Shown one piece after another: positions 60,557-64,000 of a DNA stretch of 64,000 bases (its first letter is position 1; the number at the start of each line of letters is the position of its first letter). The translations under genes were made by a program, and so were the position numbers. The notes beneath the pieces were generated by a model. It saw only the letters and a list, made by a program, of their open reading frames with translations. It did no database searches and was not told the DNA's origin. The DNA is from an uncultured Pontibacter sp. (GTDB lineage: Bacteria; Bacteroidota; Bacteroidia; Cytophagales; Hymenobacteraceae), in NCBI RefSeq assembly GCF_947495565.1, contig NZ_CANLZM010000012.1:116689-180688 (forward strand), in the 5' to 3' direction.

Positions 60557-61927
60557 ATGAAAAAACAGATTAGCCTGCTAATAGCCATACTTACCTTTTG
60601 CGGTACAAGCTATGCGCAGGGGCAGCAGGAGGCGATGCGCTTCAGCCTGCAGGAAAGTATAGATTACGCCCTGCAGCACCGCGCCAGCCTGCAGGCCACC
60701 CGCAACGAGGAGCGAAGCGCCAAAGCCAGGGTAGGCGAGATACGCGCCATGGGCCTGCCGCAGATAGACGCTACTTTGGATGCAGGTGATAACTTTGTAC
60801 AACAGCAGAGCTTTTTGCCGGCAGAGTTTTTCAACGACCCTGACGACCCTAATTCGCCGCAGCCAGGTACTTTTGTGCCTGTTACTTTTACACCAGCTTA
60901 TACCAGCAACGCCACTATTACGGCGAGCCAGCTGCTATTTGACGGCTCTTATCTGATTGGGCTGAAGGCGGCTAAAACCTATACAGAGCTATCGCGCAAA
61001 ACCACTGCGCAGAGTGAGATTGAGGTGGCAGAGCAGGTGAGCAAAGCCTATTACGGCGTGTTGGTGAGTGGTGAGCAAATAGAGTTGCTGGAGCAAAACA
61101 TCACACGCCTCGACACGCTGCTGTTTCAAACCCGCATTATGTTTGAAAACGGTGTGGCCGAGAAATTGGACGTAGACCGCCTGCGTGTGCAGCTGAATAA
61201 CCTGAAAGTGGAGCAGCAGAAAACAGAGCGCCTGCTGCAGCTGAGCGAAAACCTGCTCAAGTTCCAGATGGGGTTGCCTCAGAAACAGCCTGTGCTGCTT
61301 ACCGATAAGCTGGCTGAGGTAGACGTAGACATGAGCCAGCTGCATCCGCAAAACTTCAACTACAGCAACCGCATAGAGTATTCTCTCCTGGAAACACAGC
61401 AGAACCTTGCCGAACTGGACCTGCGCAACATAAACTCGGGTTATTTGCCAAAACTATACTTAAATGCGCGCTACGGTTATAACGCGGCCAGTAACGAGTT
61501 TAAAGAGATTACAACTACAAGCAATTACCTCGAATATGGTTTTGTTGGCGCACAGCTCAGAGTGCCGATTTTTGATGGTTTGCGCAAGCACTACCAGGTG
61601 CAGCAGGGTAAAATCAGGCTGGAAAACACAAAGCTGGGTTTCGAGACGCTGCGCCAAAGTATAGACCTGGAGCTGGAGCAGGCATCCACAGAACTCACGA
61701 ACGCCCTGGATGTGCTGAAGGCGCAGCAGGAGAACCTGGCACTAGCCGAGGATATCGCTCGCGTGGCGAAGATCAAGTTTCAGGAGGGCGTAGGTACAAA
61801 CCTGGAGGTGGTAACCGCCGAGACAGACCTGCGTCAGGCGCAGACTAACTACTACGCCGCCATGTACGATGCCCTCATTGCGAAGGTAAACCTGGAGAAA
61901 GCTACCGGGACACTACTGACAAAATAA
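60557..61927 (+). CDS. TolC family outer-membrane efflux protein
   Basis: Signal peptide; LPQI/LPKL and PIFDG repeats; operon context. Confidence 0.93.
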   Translation: MKKQISLLIAILTFCGTSYAQGQQEAMRFSLQESIDYALQHRASLQATRNEERSAKARVGEIRAMGLPQIDATLDAGDNFVQQQSFLPAEFFNDPDDPNSPQPGTFVPVTFTPAYTSNATITASQLLFDGSYLIGLKAAKTYTELSRKTTAQSEIEVAEQVSKAYYGVLVSGEQIELLEQNITRLDTLLFQTRIMFENGVAEKLDVDRLRVQLNNLKVEQQKTERLLQLSENLLKFQMGLPQKQPVLLTDKLAEVDVDMSQLHPQNFNYSNRIEYSLLETQQNLAELDLRNINSGYLPKLYLNARYGYNAASNEFKEITTTSNYLEYGFVGAQLRVPIFDGLRKHYQVQQGKIRLENTKLGFETLRQSIDLELEQASTELTNALDVLKAQQENLALAEDIARVAKIKFQEGVGTNLEVVTAETDLRQAQTNYYAAMYDALIAKVNLEKATGTLLTK

Positions 61928-61961
61928 AACTATCGAAAAACCAACCTTACTACTACCAACC

Positions 61962-63113
61962 ATGAACCGAATCATAGCAATCGCATCCTTTGCATGTATA
62001 CTTGGCTTGGCCTCTTGCGGCGGCGGCACCGATAAAAAGGCGCAACTGCAAAAGCTGAAGGAGCAGCAGGCAAGCCTACAGGAGCAGATAGAAGAACTGG
62101 AGGCCGAGCTGAAAGCTGAAGGCAAAACAGTAGCAGCGCAGCAGAAAACAGTGCCTGTGTCAGTAACGGCGCTGGAGCAGGATACCTTCCGGCATTACCT
62201 GGAGGTGCAGGGCCGCGTGGATTTTACACAGAACGTAATGGTGAGCGCCAAAGTGCCGGGTGTGCTTACAAGTATGCGCGTGGAGCGCGGCGATCGTGTA
62301 AGTAAAGGGCAAACCATGGCTACCATCGATGCGCAGGTGCTGCAACAGAACATAGCCGAAGTGAAAACCCGCCTCGACCTGGCAAACATTGCATTTGAGA
62401 AGCAGCAGAACCTCTGGAACCAAAAAATAGGAACAGAGATGCAGTACCTGACGGCCAAAAACAACAAGGAGGCACTGGAGCGTAACCTGGCAACCCTGCA
62501 GCAGCAGCGGGATCAGTACAATATCAAAGCACCTATCAGCGGGGTGGTAGATGAGGTAAAACCGAATGCCGGAGAAGCTGTGTCGCCGGGGGTGGGTATT
62601 ATTCGGGTAGTTAACCTGCAGGACGGCAAAATAGTGGCCGAAGTATCGGAAGCTTACCAAAGCAAGATCAGCAAAGGCGACAAGGCCGTGGTGTACTTCC
62701 CGGACCTGAAGAAAGAGGTGACAACAAATGTAGAAGTGGTAAGCAACTTCATTGACCCAACTAGCCGCACCTTTACCGTAGAGCTGCGCCTGCAGAACGG
62801 CAGCGACATTACACTTCGCCCAAACATGGTGGCTGTAGTCCGCATCCAAGACTATGAAAATAAAGGCGTAGTGACCTTGCCGGTAAACCTGGTGCAGAAA
62901 GACGAGAAATCCAGCTATGTGTATGTTGCCCAGAAAAAAGGAAACGCCTATGTGGCCACGCGCAAGGAAATAGAGACAGGCATGAACTATGGGGGCACGG
63001 TGGAGGTGCTCAGCGGTTTGGCTGCAAATGATAAAGTGATTACAGCAGGCTACCAGAGCGTGAACGAGGGGCAGCCGGTGGTGTTTGCGGAAAGCAGCCT
63101 GACCCAGAAGTAA
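61962..63113 (+). CDS. RND efflux periplasmic adaptor (lipoprotein)
   Basis: Lipobox LASC; G..VSKGQ, IKAPISGVV, IDPTSRTF, LRPNM. Confidence 0.94.
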   Translation: MNRIIAIASFACILGLASCGGGTDKKAQLQKLKEQQASLQEQIEELEAELKAEGKTVAAQQKTVPVSVTALEQDTFRHYLEVQGRVDFTQNVMVSAKVPGVLTSMRVERGDRVSKGQTMATIDAQVLQQNIAEVKTRLDLANIAFEKQQNLWNQKIGTEMQYLTAKNNKEALERNLATLQQQRDQYNIKAPISGVVDEVKPNAGEAVSPGVGIIRVVNLQDGKIVAEVSEAYQSKISKGDKAVVYFPDLKKEVTTNVEVVSNFIDPTSRTFTVELRLQNGSDITLRPNMVAVVRIQDYENKGVVTLPVNLVQKDEKSSYVYVAQKKGNAYVATRKEIETGMNYGGTVEVLSGLAANDKVITAGYQSVNEGQPVVFAESSLTQK

Positions 63114-63132
63114 TACCTTAAAGTATAAAACT

Positions 63133-64000
63133 ATGAAACAGTTTAAGCCAACCAGTTGGTCGATCGATAACAAGACCAGTATCTATATCATCACCATCAT
63201 CATTACGCTGGCGGGTATTTTCTCCTACATCAACCTGCAGAAAGAGAACTTCCCGGACATCGTAATCCCGACGATGTTTGTGAGCACCATTTACCAGGGT
63301 ACCTCGCCCTCGGATATGGAGAGCCTGGTAACGCGGCCTATAGAGAAAGAGATCAAAGCAATTTCGGGTGTCAAGAAAGTTACCTCCAACTCCATTCAGG
63401 ACTTCTCTATGGTGGTGGTGGAGTTTAACACAGATGTGGAAGTAGCGGATGCAAAGCAGCAGGTAAAAGACGCCGTGGACAAAGCGCGCACCGACCTGCC
63501 TACCGACTTAACAAGAGAGCCGGATGTGCAGGAAGTAAACTTCTCGGAGTTTCCGATCATGTACGTGAACGTGTCGGGTAATTATAGCCTGGACCAGCTG
63601 AAGAATTACGCCGAGGAGTTGCAGGATCGCTTTGAAGCCTTCCCGGAGATTACGCGTGTGGATATGGTGGGCGCTCTGGATAAAGAGGTACAGGTAAACG
63701 TAGACCTCTACAAAATGCAGGCTGCCCAGGTTACCTTCAACGACATTTCGACAGCCATTGCCCGCGAGAACATGACCATTTCGGGGGGTAACGTAACGGT
63801 AGGCGAGGCTAAGCGCTCGGTACGTGTGGCAGGCCAGTATACTGACCCTGAGAAAATCGGCGATATTGTGCTGCAATCCTTGGGCGGTGCCAATATAAAG
63901 CTAAGAGACATTGCAGAAGTGAAGGAGGGGTTTGAGGAGCAGGAGAGCTATGCGCGCTTAGGCAACGAGCCGGTTATCACACTTAACGTCATCAAGCGCA
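63133..64000 (+). CDS. RND efflux permease, AcrB family (5' part; runs off the window; not in the ORF track)
   Basis: Own translation MKQFKPTSWSIDNKTSIYIITIIITLAGIFSYINLQKENFPDIVIP...; open frame to the end. Confidence 0.93.
   Translation, partial: MKQFKPTSWSIDNKTSIYIITIIITLAGIFSYINLQKENFPDIVIPTMFVSTIYQGTSPSDMESLVTRPIEKEIKAISGVKKVTSNSIQDFSMVVVEFNTDVEVADAKQQVKDAVDKARTDLPTDLTREPDVQEVNFSEFPIMYVNVSGNYSLDQLKNYAEELQDRFEAFPEITRVDMVGALDKEVQVNVDLYKMQAAQVTFNDISTAIARENMTISGGNVTVGEAKRSVRVAGQYTDPEKIGDIVLQSLGGANIKLRDIAEVKEGFEEQESYARLGNEPVITLNVIKR

Overview
A 64-kb stretch of core chromosome from a Bacteroidota bacterium, most like Pontibacter/Hymenobacteraceae. This is an inference from gene content, TAnnTTTG promoters and the atpBEFHAG operon lacking atpDC. 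It carries about 68 CDSs, one tRNA-Asn and one nonsense-interrupted ORF. The CDSs include the atp operon, rpmB/rpmG/ftsY, rimO, rlmN, mnmD, pheS, folP-cdaA, bshC, tdh/kbl, a LiaF-like/LytS/LytTR module and a TetR-TolC-RND efflux operon that runs off the end. I found no transposase, integrase, prophage or CRISPR array. The strongest unexplained signal is not a gene. The 7-mer AAGTATA/TATACTT occurs about 130 times by hand count, versus about 8-10 expected. It appears on both strands, in all reading frames, in inverted pairs and as fused palindromes, and it is nearly absent from the atp genes. This resembles a DNA-uptake-sequence or HIP1-type genomic tag. Secondary signals are a REPIN-like two-hairpin element present twice between convergent genes, 7/8-nt-period intergenic repeats, an archaeal-type asparagine synthetase divergent from asnC, and a protein built from PRPRP repeats.
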